From the NCBI RefSeq assembly GCF_006345805.1, contig NC_043006.1, positions 4,898,001 through 4,962,000 of the forward strand: a stretch of 64,000 nucleotides of DNA, read 5' to 3'. Of this stretch, positions 12,800 to 26,928 are shown in pieces. The translations under genes were made by a program, and so were the position numbers. A model generated the notes under the pieces. The model had not been told where the DNA came from. It saw only the letters and a list, made by a program, of their open reading frames with translations, and made no database searches. The first letter of the stretch is position 1. Each line of letters begins with the position of its first letter. Source of the DNA: Octopus sinensis (taxonomy: Eukaryota).

Positions 12800-14690
12800 G
12801 ATTTTTTTGTTCGAGAATTATTCCTTATATTTTCTTTTTTCTCGACTTGTCTGTCATTTTTCTTACCAATAAGTATTTGTCATCAGGGTTTGCCTTTTAA
12901 TTGCCTTACAATTCCAGATATTATGTTTTACTGTCTGGTATCCTACTGTTATTATAAGCCAGCACATTTTTTTTTATCCATTCTTATCTTTTTTGGCAAT
13001 CCGATTAAATCGCTTTTTAAATGTCAAAGAAACTTGCACGATGCAAGCTGGTCTGTTTTGTTAGGCTGTTTACTTACGGGAAAGCGAACTAATACTTAAA
13101 TTGGTTCAGAGAAAATCTAGAAGATATTAGGAAGGGAAAGCAAAGCACAGCTTTAGATCTGAGACTTTTGCTAAAGGTAATGAAATAACCAGATCCTTAA
13201 CAATGTAGATGTTTATACTGACCCCCAGTACGGAAGAACAGGAAAACAGCGGCCAATAAAAAATGGTTGGTACTTTCTATATCTGACATATTTAAAATCT
13301 AAAACTATTTTACTGAAGCCATTTGTTGAATGGTCCCTTTGTTTCTGGGCGTTGTTGGTTTGTCAGTTTTGTATGAAATAGCGTATGATGACACTGTGCT
13401 GAAGATCATATATTTAATTCTAGATCAGATAAACAATATTTATTGAGTCTTTATCTTAACCACTTAACTAAATATTCATGTGGAATGATCTCAAAAGCTT
13501 AGGATCGAAGTTACCCTGAAGTACAGGTCAAACAGGATAACTTGCAAATATCTTCCTGTTCAAATCTATTAAATTTACCTTTTGACTAAAGTAGAAAGTT
13601 AAAATCTGTTCTATATTTATCAATTCTATGTAAGACTTACAATTGAAGATTGTAAACCAATCGAAGATTTGACTGCTTGTTCCAGACTATTTTGGAATTC
13701 TCTCTATAAGATACTCTCTTATTATTATTCAGGTCACTGTCTGGAATCGAACTCGGAATATTGGGGTTAGTAGACCACACTCTTAACCACTACACCATAG
13801 GCCAGTGTCAATGTTATTATTGATGTGGAAGTTTCCCGAGATGATTAGTATCTTCCTAGTCTTAATGACCAATTTGCAGATCTCTTCGAGTATCTACAAT
13901 GTCAAATCTTGCACTTTTACTTCAAAAACATTATGGGACATGTTCTTATTGTGTAGGAACAATTCTTATTCCTTATCATTCTCTATCTGCTAAAGAATCC
14001 CTTTAGCTCTACTCACAACACCACTGCAATAACGAGTGCAATATTCTCATTAATTCCGAGATATTTTGTAGTTTTCGTTATCGGCGAGAGGCCATTGATA
14101 TCCATATTCCTCGCTTGATGAAAAATTTTACGCAGGTGATTAAAAAATAGGTGCGCTAATTCGCTTCTTTTGCCCAGTAAGAATTTTATCTCCAGTCCTA
14201 AGTCTTGGTATAGGGAATATTAGCTTAAAAGACATTGAAAAAAAGGACGGCATTAGTTTTTCTTTCCACTGCAGATCATGACCTGTAGCCTTGCCGTCTC
14301 TTCAACGACGCTGATAAAAGATTCACTGTCAGGGCAAACAACTTTACGTATATGTTGAAACCATGGAATTTCCAGTCGATAAACTAATTCTGTTTGAGAC
14401 TAAAGCAGTTGCTTCAGTAAATAAAGCTGTGCGAACTTTGTTGTAGGCAATTTTTGTTAACGGTATTGACTATAGCATCTGGAAACTCGGTAAGATGTAT
14501 TGTCTCAAGTACGCGGAATGAAATATCTTATAGTCAATCTATACAGTCACAGGACTTCAGTGATGCTGCCTCGCCTTCATAAGAAGTGTTGTTGCTGAAG
14601 AGCAGTTCATTACAACCCAAGGCTCCTTTCTTTCCTACTTCTTGCTCATTAGTTTCCGTATAATTTGTTTCACAAGAGAAACACATTCAA
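12800..14690 (-). pseudogene. Highly decayed R4/Dong-like (RLE) non-LTR retrotransposon, RT to Zn-knuckle region
   Basis: Minus-strand motifs occur in the expected order, with frameshifts: EQEVGKKGALGCNELLF (~14640), KIAYNKV.HSFI (~14440), LAHLFF (~14155), KYLGINEN (~14060), KTRKILIISGNFHINNNID (~13830), and a cysteine/ESTNH remnant (~13270). Confidence 0.65.
13718..13803 (-). mobile_element. Very short tRNA-derived SINE (or tRNA pseudogene) with an (AAT)n tail, inserted in the LINE remnant
   Basis: Minus strand reads GGCCTATGGTGTAGTGGTTAAGAGTGTGGTCTACTAACCCCAATATTCCGAGTTCGATTCCAGACAGTGACCTGAATAATAAT. A and B boxes are present; there is no proper acceptor stem. Confidence 0.75.
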
Positions 14691-15399
14691 GCAACATCGA
14701 TGTGTGTAAATGTGTGATTTATACACGGCCACAAGTATAAACGTGTACAGTTCTTACACAGCAATGTATGTATATAAATTATGCACATTTTATACACAAC
14801 ATTCAAGCATGCTATAGGTGAGTTGGTTACTGCTACACGCATTTCTTGCTTCTTTAAGCACGAGTGCTGCCCGTGCAATTATCGTCCACAAGTCTGACAC
14901 ATCAAATTTATCGCTCTTTGTTCTCTGTCTATGAGAAGAATTTTAAAACTAAACCCAAAAGCACATACACACACATATGAAACAGGTAAACTAATTGCCT
15001 TTAAAGACAAGCTATGAGAGGTAAATAAAAAGTTTTGATTTCGTATGAAATTACAACAACGTAGAACTATGAACTGCATGTTTGCATTAAACCTATAAAA
15101 TGTATATCGCAGTATGAAAGGTCATCATTTCAAGGTTATCAATGACTTCCCTCATCAGTTGTTGTGGATTCAACGTGGGGGGAATCATGAACATAAATAA
15201 ACAGCACAGTTTCAATGCTATAATTAAATGAGCTTCGGGATGAGTAATGTCTAAACGACTTCCCAGCAACATATATCACCTGTGAAACACTTCTGACAGT
15301 TGTTGTAAAACTACCGAATTGGAGAATCACTTGGGAGAGAGAGAGAGTCGATTATTAGCAGAGGAAATTCATATTCTACGCTAATGCAGTCATCAACCT

Positions 15400-15995
15400 A
15401 TTAAAAAAAATAAATGCAACAATAAACCTTAAACTTGATGTGCGAGACTGGTTGACAGTTGCACGGGCAACATTCTTGCCTAAACAAGCAACGCAAGTAG
15501 CAATCGGCTACACACTCGATATAACTCTGGTTTATCTGTGGTGCTGTCAGTCTGATGCTTTTTAACAACATGATCTTTTGTAAGCAAGAAAGCTTCTCTT
15601 CTGATGCCCCATGGTGGTAGAGTTGTGCAACTTCACCGTGTGTGCATTTCCATTCATCAGTCATGGATTACCTTTTAAGAAGATCCTTACCAATCTTCAT
15701 GCGTGATACCATTTGCTTCGTGTATACAGTTTTGACTCATGGATGCTCTCAAAACTTGATGCTGTAAAACTGTTGCAACCCTTAAAGCTTATTTGAACAG
15801 ATGTTAAGCCTCTACCTTTTTTTTTTTAATTTTCAGGTAGAAAATGTCTGTCAAAGTTGATATTGGTGTGGAACTTTCCAGTGGTAGTTTGACATTTTTG
15901 GCTTTTAACATCAACCGGAACCTCATCCAGCGTTCAATGAAGTAAGTCAAATATTGGTATTTCTGTGTAGTTGGGAATTGGTGTCTTACAAAATA
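15400..15995 (-). pseudogene. Second R4/Dong-like LINE fragment (post-RT region)
   Basis: TTGKFHTNINFDRHFLP..GRGLTSVQ resembles the HP.SDVDRLYLPR..GGRGL motif of this clade. Confidence 0.55.
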
Positions 15996-16029
15996 GCTGA
16001 CTTAGTGTGAGTGAGGCGGAGCGGGAAGG

Positions 16030-16345
16030 GCGAAGGAGTGGGATGAGTGAGAGGTTTTGTTAAAAGAAAACAGATGGAGACGATGCTGGAATGGTGAATC
16101 GGAAAAAGTGCCGAGAAATTGGCAGGTGCTCGAGATGGTTGCTGCCAATCTCAAATTAGAGTGGTAGGAAATGAAAGAGGTGACTTGTTCACGAGTAAAG
16201 AAAGAAACACCTGTACTACTGTCAATATAATAACCACAGAGCTCTGGAGGTGAGTCCCTGATAATGGGTATAGATTTGGCCTTCAAGATGTTCAATAAAC
16301 AGATTAGCGTAATTGGTGCCTCTTATCCTGGCGAGTTCCACTTCC
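16030..16345 (-). pseudogene. Penelope-like RT fragment
   Basis: GTNYANLFIEHLEGQI..YQG / PPELCGYYIDS.TG..FTREQVTSFI..TISST.QFL resembles the PLE motifs MGP.YA.LF...E, RYIDD and FLD. Confidence 0.65.
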
Positions 16346-16814
16346 GGGAAAAGTAAAATCAAGTGAGAGAAAGAACAAATGGTGTGAAGCAGAGAAGCAT
16401 TAGTACTCAGCTGCAATGGGAAAACCTGAAAATGAATGTTTACAGTACATACAGACATACACACTCATAGGTAGAGTTTCTAAGCAAAAATGAAGTTTGA
16501 TCGGTTGGTAACAGTCGTCTGTGTGGCAAACCCACACCAGAAGCCTCCAGTGGTTAACAATAAATAAAAATAAAAATTTTAAACCGATGATAAAATATCG
16601 ATAACAGAAATCCACCTCGCTCCTTAGAGTCAAAAAAATTCTTCCAAAAGATTCCATTTGTCAGTTACTGGTTTTCAGATTTAGGTATTTAGAGGTAGTA
16701 AAGAACCCTTTGTCTATGAAAAGATACCTATTGAAATTATGACATGCCCTTGCATGGTCATATTCTAAAGACTGGAACCAGAAAAAGGAATAAAACAGCA
16801 ACAACGATAACAAT

Positions 16815-16990
16815 AATAATATTGGTTTCAAATTTTGGCACCAGGCCACCAGTTTTGGGGGGAGGGAATGAATCGAATGCATTACTCAACTAGTACTTGA
16901 TTGCTCAACTCAGAAAGGAAGAAAGGTAAGGTCGACCTCGTTGGAATTTGAACTCAGAACGTAAAGACGTATTAAATGCCGTTAAACACG
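16815..16990 (-). mobile_element. Degenerate SINE family B
   Basis: GTCGACCTCGTTGGAATTTGAACTCAGAACGTAAAG block, plus the TTTTGGCACCAGGCCACC tail. Confidence 0.75.
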
Positions 16991-17113
16991 TGCTTGTGTA
17001 TATATGCACACATACCTATGTATATGCAAACACACACACGCGTGCACATACATGCATACACGCACAGATGCATACGCACACAGGCACACACACATATACA
17101 CACACACGCACAC

Positions 17114-17150
<37 letters not shown>

Positions 17151-18655
17151 TATACCATTATGTGTTATGGTATGAATTGGGAAGCGTATATCTAAATGTG
17201 CTGATTGAAATTTGGGCCCCATTGAAAGACTTGCTCATAATTCTGTAGTTTTGTTTGCCTAAAAGCTGCAAAATTGCTTGGCAAAGCAGCAACCGCGCAT
17301 TCGCTAAATACCCATCACGGAGAGTTTAATTATCTTCCCCTGTGTTATAAACACGGGAGCCAGTTATTTGGATGGTTTTCTCTCGGTATTAATTACCCAA
17401 TGCAACGTAAACGTTTGGTTGTAGTGATTCTTCTTTAGCTAAATTTATATCACAGACGCCTTTTTATTTCTTTTATACACTCTTCTAATGATCTACGAGA
17501 ATGCTTCAGAGAAGAATTTACTGATAAAATTTAACTATAGTAATTAAGGGGAAAAGAAACTGCTTGGAAATAAAACTACCCCATTTCTCTGCTATTATTT
17601 GCGCCCAGAAAAACATGTCTTCGGTAGATTTAAAAACAAAATAAAAAGAAAACGAAAAGATATTAAATTTCTAGGATGTTAAGTTACTGCCGACCTTTCC
17701 CACTTGCCTTTGAACTTTCTCCACAAGTCGTATAACAAAAAGTCATCTTTATCCTTCTTTTGTGTCATTCAAAATTTACGTCTTTCAATCTCGACTCCCT
17801 AACCAGATGGATCGCAACAGAAAAAAAGTATGGATTTCTTAAATATTAGTGGACATGAAATACCGGCTTCCTTTTATCTCATCCAACATAATGCTTCCCT
17901 CGTTAATTGAAGAGATTGAGTAAATAGTCTCGCGTGTCGCTTTCCTCATATTTCTCTCAATCAGTGACTACCACACTTGAGGAATAAAGAAACCGCCCAT
18001 TACGAAGCGCTCATTATCACCGTTGCTTCATGGTTTATAACGGTTTAGAGATAAATAAAACACACACACACACATACACACACATACACACACACAAACA
18101 CACACACACATACACCTCGAAGTAGAAATTTCAAGAAGGTATATGTGCTTAACAGCCACATTAGATGAGGCCAAAATAAAGAGTCCATTCTAAAGACAAC
18201 GAACAACTTACAGCACATTTGAACCTAAACTAGTTTCGTTTTGTAGTTTTTGAATGACACAAGTTATGGAAAGAAAAGTGTTTTTCAATAGGAAAGAGAC
18301 CAGCATCAATACAAGGTTCACCAAAGAGGACAATGCAATTGATGGTTCGATACTATATCGGAAATATTAAATAACTTGCAATTGGGGAAACAGCTGTAAA
18401 CCGAAATTATTTAAAATAAAATAAAACAAAATATTTGGATGTTGCAAAATATAATCGTTTGTGATCATTGTTTGAACATCGTTTCTGATAAATTAATGAA
18501 TATGAAAGGAAACTAAGGGTGATTTTGGTATCCTTATTTGGCGGGAGTCATAAATAATGCAGTATTGCAGTAGAACAGATCAGTGGTCCCCAACACTGGT
18601 CCCCATCCCTTTTATTTAAATGAGTTTTTCCACGGACATCTTTTAATATGCTTAT

Positions 18656-18736
<81 letters not shown>

Positions 18737-18924
18737 ATGTGTGTGTGTGTGTGTGTGTATGAAATTTTGAATTTAGTTCCCGGACTCCCAATACTACCTT
18801 TGTGGATCATCAAAGGTCCGAGTGCCCCTGGTTGGGAACTACTGGAATATATTATGACGTTATCTGATATTAAATCACATATTTTCTACAAATATCTATA
18901 TTTTCTCTTCAGATTTTCTCTTCG

Positions 18925-19212
18925 ATTACATTGACCCCAGTGTTCAACTGGTACTTATTTCATCGACCCCGAAATGATGAACAGCAAAGTCGACCTCGGC
19001 GAAATTTGAACTCAGAACGTAAAGACGGACAAAATGCCGCCAAACATTTTTTCCCGGCTTACTAACGATCCTGCCAGCACGCTGCTTCGTAATTCCAAAT
19101 TTTGGCCCAAAGCCAGCAAGTTTGAGGGAGGGGATATGTCGATTTGATTGACCCCGTGCTCAAGTTTATCGACTCCGGAAGCCGCTAAACATTTCGTCCG
19201 GCGTGCCAGCTC
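18925..19212 (-). mobile_element. Two adjacent SINE family B pieces
   Basis: GACCCCAGTG..TGGTACTTATTT..ATCGACCCCGAA..GTCGACCTCGGCGAAATTTGAACTCAGAACG, followed by an internally deleted second copy. Confidence 0.8.
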
Positions 19213-19958
19213 ACTGATTTTATCAATAAAATAATATAAATATATAACAAAATGTGAGTAGTCGAATTCACTCTATAACATATTATTAAAGGTAGATTTG
19301 TTCTGATACACCCACATTATCCCGGGCAGTCTTTACCAGGAGTTTTTTTGGTAGTACACTGTAACTTCCGCATTTGACGTACAAAGTTTTAATACAAAGT
19401 CTCATTGACCCATCACCTTGGTGTAATTTGTTGGTGATATACAATTCCTAGTTCCGTTTTGAGATAACGACCGACAATATTGCAACGAAAGAGATCCGAA
19501 ATGTTAAACAATAAGATAGTCGAAAGCAGGTGCAACAAATAAGCATTTCTTTGACGCAACAGAATAGATTCAATAAATTATCCACACTTTTTTTTAAAAT
19601 CTCATCTCAGATTGGCGCCAAATGATAACAGCTGATCTAGGAAACCAGATGTTCATTCTAATTTTTAGTTGTTAACATAGATTCAATTGTAACTATTTTT
19701 AGAGACTAACGCTAACTTAAGTCCTAATTCTTGATTATTTTGTCGGTTTGTTGGGGTATTTTAATTTTTAACATTTTAATTCGGCTAACTACCAATATCT
19801 TAAATTATTACAGAAATTTTCTTTATTGTTGCTTTTATGCTTCGTTTCTTCTGTTTCTTCCGTATTGAGTGCAACGCAATGGTCTGATATTTACAAGAGC
19901 TTATTAAATATATGAAGAAACAATAATAATTTTTTATTGATTCAATTATTTAAACTGT

Positions 19959-20218
19959 GGAGGCACGTGGCTTAGTGGTTAGGGTGTCAACACCATGATC
20001 GTAAGACTGTAGTTTTGATTCCTGGACCGGGTGACGCGTTGTGTTCTTGACCAAAACACTTCATTTCACGTTGCTCCAGTACACTCAGCTGGCAAAAATG
20101 AGTAACGCTGCGATGGACTGGCGTCCCGTCCAGCTGGGGAACACATACGCTCTAGAAACCGGGGAAACCGGGCCCATGAGCCTGGCTAGGCTTTAAAAAG
20201 GGCGTATTTATTTATTTG
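19959..20218 (+). mobile_element. SINE with head H2 (CORE-like CTTGAGCAAGACACTT block) and tail W
   Basis: A and B boxes present; tail GCGATGGACTGGCGTCCCGTCCAG; 13-bp TSD TTATTTAAACTGT at 19946-19958 and 20219-20231. Confidence 0.9.
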
Positions 20219-20479
20219 TTATTTAAACTGTAATCATTGCAAACACTTACTTCGACACTGTCACACTCACACATATACTTATAAATTTAGACAAAAGTAA
20301 CTAATTTTACTTTTATGTAACCTAGAAATTGAATTCCGCTTCTGCGCAGAAAGGAAACGATTGCAATGCACGAGTTTAGTCCGGGTTTTTATACACACAT
20401 TAAAATAGTGATATTTGTTAACTACTTTAGATTTTATCACCGTCCTTTTTCACACACACACGCGCACACATTGTATATT

Positions 20480-20706
20480 TACTCTTTACTCTTTTTTACT
20501 CTTTTACTCTTTTACTTGTTTCAGTCATTTGACTGCGGCCATGCTGGAGCACCGCCTTTAGTCGAGCAAATCGACCCCGGGACTTATTCTTTGTAAGCCC
20601 AGTACTTATTCTATCGGTCTCTTTTGCCGAACCGCTAAGTGACGGGGACGTAAACACACCAGCATCGGTTGTCAAGCAATGCTAGGGGGACAAACACAAA
20701 CACACA

Positions 20707-20739
<33 letters not shown>

Positions 20740-20912
20740 CATATATACGACAGGCTTCTTTCAGTTTCCGTCTACCAAATCCACTCACAAGGCATTGGTC
20801 GGCCCGGGGCTATAGCAGAAGACACTTGCCCAAGATGCCACGCAGTGGGACTGAACCCGGAACCATGTGGTTGGTTAGCAAGCTACTTACCACACAGCCA
20901 CTCCTGCGCCTA
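20480..20912 (-). mobile_element. SINE family A, full length
   Basis: Runs from the head GGCGCAGGAGTGGCTGTGTGGTAAG to a (GTAAAAGA)n tail. Confidence 0.92.
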
Positions 20913-20914
20913 TA

Positions 20915-21490
<576 letters not shown>

Positions 21491-22002
21491 AAGGTTTATG
21501 ATATAACTTCCTCAGTGTATCATGGTTTACCAGCTTAATACAGACGTTTAAATTGGTTAAATATATAAAATAAATATAATTCACTTTTTGAATGACAATT
21601 TTAAAGACTCTTCCAAGAGGATCAACTATTTAATTATTCTACTTCAGTTATTTAGCATTAGTACCATTATGTCATTCAAGACTGGGTGTTTGGATTTTTA
21701 TTCTTGACAACACTATTTAAGACCGCATAGTGTAAAAACAGTTTTATCAATTTTATCATCTAAAGGCAATTTTAGAATTGTCTCAGATAGCCAATTCCTT
21801 CTATTCAGCTAAAACAAAAAAAAAAAAAAACGCCATCAATAATAGTATAGTTATAATGTAGTAATATCTGTTCATATTGATTTATTACAAGTGATACTCT
21901 ACTAGTGACACGATGAAAATAAAAACCTTTTCAAGGTTATAGGAATGCAGTATGAGGGATCAATTCATTTCTTAGAAAGTGGGAATTTATTATATATGTG
22001 TA

Positions 22003-22120
<118 letters not shown>

Positions 22121-22138
22121 GTGTGTGTGTGTGTGTGT

Positions 22139-22437
22139 CGAAGCATAATAGCCCAGTGGTTAGGACAGCGGACTCGCGGTTGTAGAATCGCGGTTTCGAT
22201 TCCCAGACCGGGCGTTGTGAGTGTTTATTGAGCGAAAACACCTAAAGCTCCACGAGGCTCCGGCAGGGGTTGGTGGTGATCCCTGCTGTACTCTTTCGCC
22301 ACAACTTTCTCTCACTCTTTCTTCTGTTGGCCTGCTCGCTTAGCCAGCGGGGTGGCGTCCTTTGAAGGCTAAAACAATGCGAAGCGCATTGTGACCAGCG
22401 ATGTGTAGCAACATCTGAGAGCCTGATCGGTGACGGT

Positions 22438-22440
<3 letters not shown>
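22139..22440 (+). mobile_element. SINE with head H1 (GGCGCAATGGCCCAGTGGTTAG..GCGGACTCGCGG) and tail X
   Basis: A and B boxes present. The tail GCCTGCTCGCTTAGCCAGCGGGGTGGCGTC..(CGGTGA)n is also at 48558-48869. Confidence 0.9.
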
Positions 22441-22475
<35 letters not shown>

Positions 22476-23144
22476 GTGTGTGTGCGTGTGCACGTGTGTG
22501 TGAAGAAAATAGATATTTTCAAACAGATTTTTTTCTTCAAGGCGACACGAACAAAGAAAAGCCTAATCCTTATTGTGAATTAAGATTTGGTCGTATAAAT
22601 AGCATAGAGTAACTGCTTGAAGCTAAAATACGTTGGATTGTGAGTTCGCAACATATTGCAGCTATACATAATGTCTGGGCAAGTAATTTAACTAAGCAAT
22701 TAGCTACGTGGCTAATCCAGACACAAAAATACAGATAATGTTATAAGATATATTTAATATAGTGAGTAAAGAGGGAGAAATCGGAGAGCCGACACCAGAT
22801 GTTTTATGGTAATCAAATTACGCGTCTGTCATTTCTGCTCTTCCTTGGCTTTATCTTTCATTCCGTCATATCCTTCATCGTGTTGAAAGGCGTCACGAAA
22901 ATAAGTATTTCTAGTTCTAATATACTACTACAGTCTAATTAAATATATCACGCATTTTCCTAAATAAAAAATTAAACTCCTAATATAAGTTTTGCTTCTC
23001 TGTCCGCCAGCGAATATTTTCCTCTTTCTGCTGCATGTGAACAATTTAAATATTTCTTTCACTATATCTACCGCGACTGAACAATTTAATTCCACTTAAA
23101 ACAATACCCATATGTTATTAAAGTTAAGATTATTGGGTATTAGT

Positions 23145-23503
23145 GGATGGAAGCACTCCGTCGGTTACGACGACGAGGGTTCCGGTTGATCCGAATAAAC
23201 GGAACAGCCTGCTCGTGAAATTAACGTGTAAGTGGCTGAGCACTCCACAGACACGTGCACCCTTAACGTAGTTCTCGGGGATATTTAGCGTGACACAGAG
23301 AGTGACAAGGCCGGCCCTTTGAAATACAGGTACAACAGAAACAGGAAGTAAGAGAAAGTTGTGGTGAAAGAGTACAGCAGGGATCACCACCATCCCCCGC
23401 CGGAGCCTCGTGGAGCTTTAGCTCAATAAACACTCACAACGCCCGGTCTAGGAATCGAAACCGCGAGTCCGCTGCCCTAACCACTGGGCCATTGCGCCTC
23501 CAC
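23145..23503 (-). mobile_element. SINE with head H1 and tail Y, flanked by a long direct repeat
   Basis: Tail TACCTGTATTTCAAAGGGCCGGCCTTGTCAC..GTAACCGACGGAGT; flanks duplicated at 23059-23144 and 23504-23616. Confidence 0.9.
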
Positions 23504-24224
23504 TCACTATATCTACCGCGACTGAACAATTTAATTCCACTTAACAATATTTATTACCCAAATATGGCTCCTTTAATACCCATATGTTATAAAAGTTAAG
23601 ATTATTGGGTATTAGTAAAACTTGTTTAAGAGATAACTTTCATTCAGTCTGTTTATGGATGGCTTTTGACGAAGATTGCGATTAATCATAGCATATCGTT
23701 TTCCGAACATCTATTCTAATTTACATCATTAGTTATTTTGAATGATTATATTAGTTATGATCTTATCTTGAGTAAGATATTAATGTATGGTGCTTCCTGT
23801 AAAATCGAGCAGGAACCTAATTATTTCGATAAAAATTAAATTACATGGAGAGGTAATATGTACGTTGGTGTAGCATTAACTGATAAACTAGTTCTTGTAA
23901 TTTTGTTTAAACTACATCTGCCGTTTACTGCTGTTGTAGACACACCTTGTTGGTAGCAGTGGAATAAAATTGGTAATACGGTAGAAATTTAAATAAGATT
24001 TTTCTTTTGTCGTTTGTGTTAGTAGGGGAATGCCAGAATCGGTATTATATCATTAGGTAAATCCTAAGTTTAAATAATCTGGAGTTAACCACATGTTTCT
24101 TTGAAGATCAGTATATATACATATACATTAACGTTTATCGAATATTTTATATTTTTACCTCAAAATATGAGGATTTGTGATAAAATCACGTGTCGATTTT
24201 GTCTTTCCAGTGACAATAAATCAC

Positions 24225-24720
24225 AGTCTACTACTACTACTACTACAACAACAACAACAACAACAAACTACTTTAGCTGACAAGGATGTTGTTCTGGGGT
24301 TCGGTGGCAAGTTTTCTCAAATCTCAAGAATCATTCTTAGGGTTCTTGCAGAATACAGTTTGGTACTTTCTGTGGGTCGACAATAAATGCTTTAATCCAG
24401 TATCTTTCAGCCTTTTAGGTAGTCGTTTTGGTGTTGCGTCGAATGCCGCAGAACATTTCATAGGTCAATTTCAGTGGCATAATACAGATTAAAATTTTGT
24501 AATTTTCGCATTCGAGATAGATCTGATGCTTATGGCCCAGACATTCTAAAGAAAATTTCATTGTACTCTGCAGTTGCTGCTGTTGCTGATTTGGTGCAGA
24601 AAACCTGCACATTTTGTTGTTCAATAGATGAAGGATGACGGGAACACACAACATAATCCATTTCACGAATGTTCGCCTCACTTGTATTACAGTGACTCCA
24701 CAGAACGAACAAACTCATAC
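24225..24720 (-). pseudogene. 3' end of an R4/Dong-like LINE with a (TTG)n/(TAG)n tail
   Basis: AFDATPKRLPKRLKDTGL..IVDPQK..YSARTLRMILEI*, homologous to 52560-52700. Confidence 0.6.
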
Positions 24721-24897
24721 ACCGGAGGCTAATACTCCTAAAAAAGACAGAAGTGCCGACTAATCATATTTTATGATCTTAGGAAATAAAAAGGCATTGA
24801 ATAATGTGGATCTGCATAGACGTAAAATGATGGGATGTTTATAGTTAGACCAGGGTTGAACAAAGGCTAAACAGCAGTAGCAGCAGCAGCAACAACA

Positions 24898-25265
24898 GGA
24901 GGCGCAATGGCCCAATGGTTAGAGCAGCGGACTTGCGGTCGGAGGATCGCGGTTTCGATTCCCAGACCGGGCGTTGTGTGTGTTTATTGAGCGAAAACAC
25001 CTAAAGCTCCACGAGACAACGGCATGGGGTGGTGGCGACCCATTGTTGTACCCTTTCGCTCCAACTTTCTCTCACTCTTTCTTCCTGTTTCTTGTCCCCG
25101 ACTTCCTACGCAACCGCTGAGCCTGGGTGCATATTCATCCATCCGTCGATGCTCTCGGTGTCGGGGGTTGACCTGCTTTCTCTTCTGCGGGTCTTACGAA
25201 TAGCAAAAGGACCACGTTTTGGACTTCTCCCATCTTGCGAGCTCTGGGACGAAGACCTTTCGCTC
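24898..25265 (+). mobile_element. SINE with head H1 and a unique tail Z
   Basis: Head matches the 22139 and 23503 copies up to CAACTTTCTCTCACTCTTTCTTC, then diverges into a ~170-bp tail. Confidence 0.88.
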
Positions 25266-25406
25266 AACAGCAACAGAAGCAGCGACAGCGACAGCGACTG
25301 CAGCAGCAGCAACAGCAGCAGCAGCAACAGCAGCAACAGCAGCAGCAGCAACAGCAGCAGCAGCAACAGCAGCAGCAGCAACAGCAACAACAACAACAAC
25401 AACAAA
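25265..25406. repeat. (CAG/CAA)n microsatellite
   Basis: Directly visible. A short CAG/CAA run also precedes the SINE at 24870-24898. Confidence 0.95.
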
Positions 25407-26139
25407 ATGCAAAGGGGTGATAACTCAGTTGAACATCAATGCTACTCAGCATTTCTATTCGAATATATTGATACTCACTCCATTTTTATTGAATTTCTCC
25501 TTACTATATTTCAGTCACAAAGTTTTATTCAACTCGAGTCTATGGTAGAAGAATACCCAAAATACCAATCAGTGAGTCTGGAGTTGTCTTACTAGTGTTG
25601 CTTATTTCTGTATTTCGTGCAGAATTATTAAAAAGGGAGGTGAAGAATTTGTTTTAATTACTTTTTTTTACCATGTTTGGGAAAAAACGCATTTACAAAC
25701 GTAATGGAGGAGGTACTTGTCAGAATGGAATTAGTACAATCATAACCAAATACGCCTTCCAACTCAACGTTTGTGAACAAATAAGTGTATAACTTTTAGA
25801 AATAAATATAAAACTGAAAAATATAAAGTACGAACATCGAAAGAAAAAGACACAAAAAGAAAAATAATGACTCTGGAAGAAAACAAAGATGATATTGATG
25901 TAAACATCGGTAGAGAAAAGACAGATAACTTCTCTCTCACCCAAATTTTACTGCGTTGATGTTAGTAGCTTTGAAAGCAGTTTCTGCGAACTTTGGCTCC
26001 AAGAGAATATCAGGAAATAGAAAAGATCCACTCGGCAACACCTTCTCCCCCCACCCCACAAAAATTCCTCACATTTAGGTATTTTTCAAGAAAGGGCTTA
26101 GAGAAAGTAACATATCTTTTCGGTCAAAAAGCTGAATAC

Positions 26140-26332
26140 AGCTTAGCGGTATTTCGTCTGCCGTTACGTTCTGAGTTCAAATTCCGCAGAGGTCGACTTT
26201 GCCTTTCATCCTTTCGGGGTCGATAAATTAAGTACCAGTTACGCACTGGGATCGATGTAATCGACTTAATCCATTTGTCTGTCCTTGTTTGTCCTCTCTG
26301 TGTTTAGCCCCTTGTGGATAGTAAATAAATAG
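26140..26332 (+). mobile_element. SINE family B, 5'-truncated
   Basis: GAGTTCAAATTCC B box, GCCTTTCATCCTTTCGGGGTCGAT block and GTCTGTCCTTGTTTGTCC tail. Confidence 0.9.
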
Positions 26333-26519
26333 GTTATCACTCTGTTAGATACAGATTGACATAATCTAATTTCCCATCCAACTCCACAGATAATTTGATT
26401 ATGTCTTCTAATAGTAGTATAGTAAGTTAACGTATTCTACCATGTTCAATATCAGAAGTGCTATTGGATGAGATCAACAGAACTGTAGCGCTGCCATTAG
26501 CAAGTGGTTTAGTGATTAA

Positions 26520-26928
26520 TCCTTTTTCCTACAGGCACAAGACCAGAAGTATTCGGCGATGGGGTTAGTCGATAACATCGGCCCCAGTGCTTAACTGGTA
26601 CTTAATTCAACTCGGAAAGCTGTTAGGAATTTGAACTTGAAACGTAAAGACAGACGAAATACCGCTAAAAAATTTCTCCGGCACACTAATGATTCTTATT
26701 TCTTTATTGCCCACAGGGGACTAAACACAGAGGGGTCAAACAAGGATAGACAAAGGGATTAAGTCGATTATATCGACCCCAGTGCGTAACTGGTACTTAA
26801 TTTATCGACCCCGAAAGGATGAAAGGCAAAGCTGACCTCGGCGGAATTTGAACTCAGAACGTAACAGCAGACGAAATCCGACTACGCATTTCGCCCGACG
26901 TAGTAACGATTCTGCCAGCTCTCCGCCT
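26520..26928 (-). mobile_element. Two tandem SINE family B copies (26520-26692 degenerate, 26695-26928 near full length)
   Basis: Reverse-complement matches to 52740-52938. Confidence 0.85.

Noticed and set aside
13718-13803. Possible tRNA gene
   Set aside because: A and B boxes are present, but there is no acceptor-stem pairing and it has an (AAT)n tail, so I treated it as a short SINE.
17640-18010. Possible L1/Tx1-type ORF2 C-terminal relic on the minus strand
   Set aside because: Only scattered W/C residues match, which is too weak to call.
25029-25595. 188-aa ORF and poly-Q/poly-A/poly-S ORFs
   Set aside because: Composed of a SINE tail plus a (CAG/CAA)n repeat, with no splice or domain evidence.
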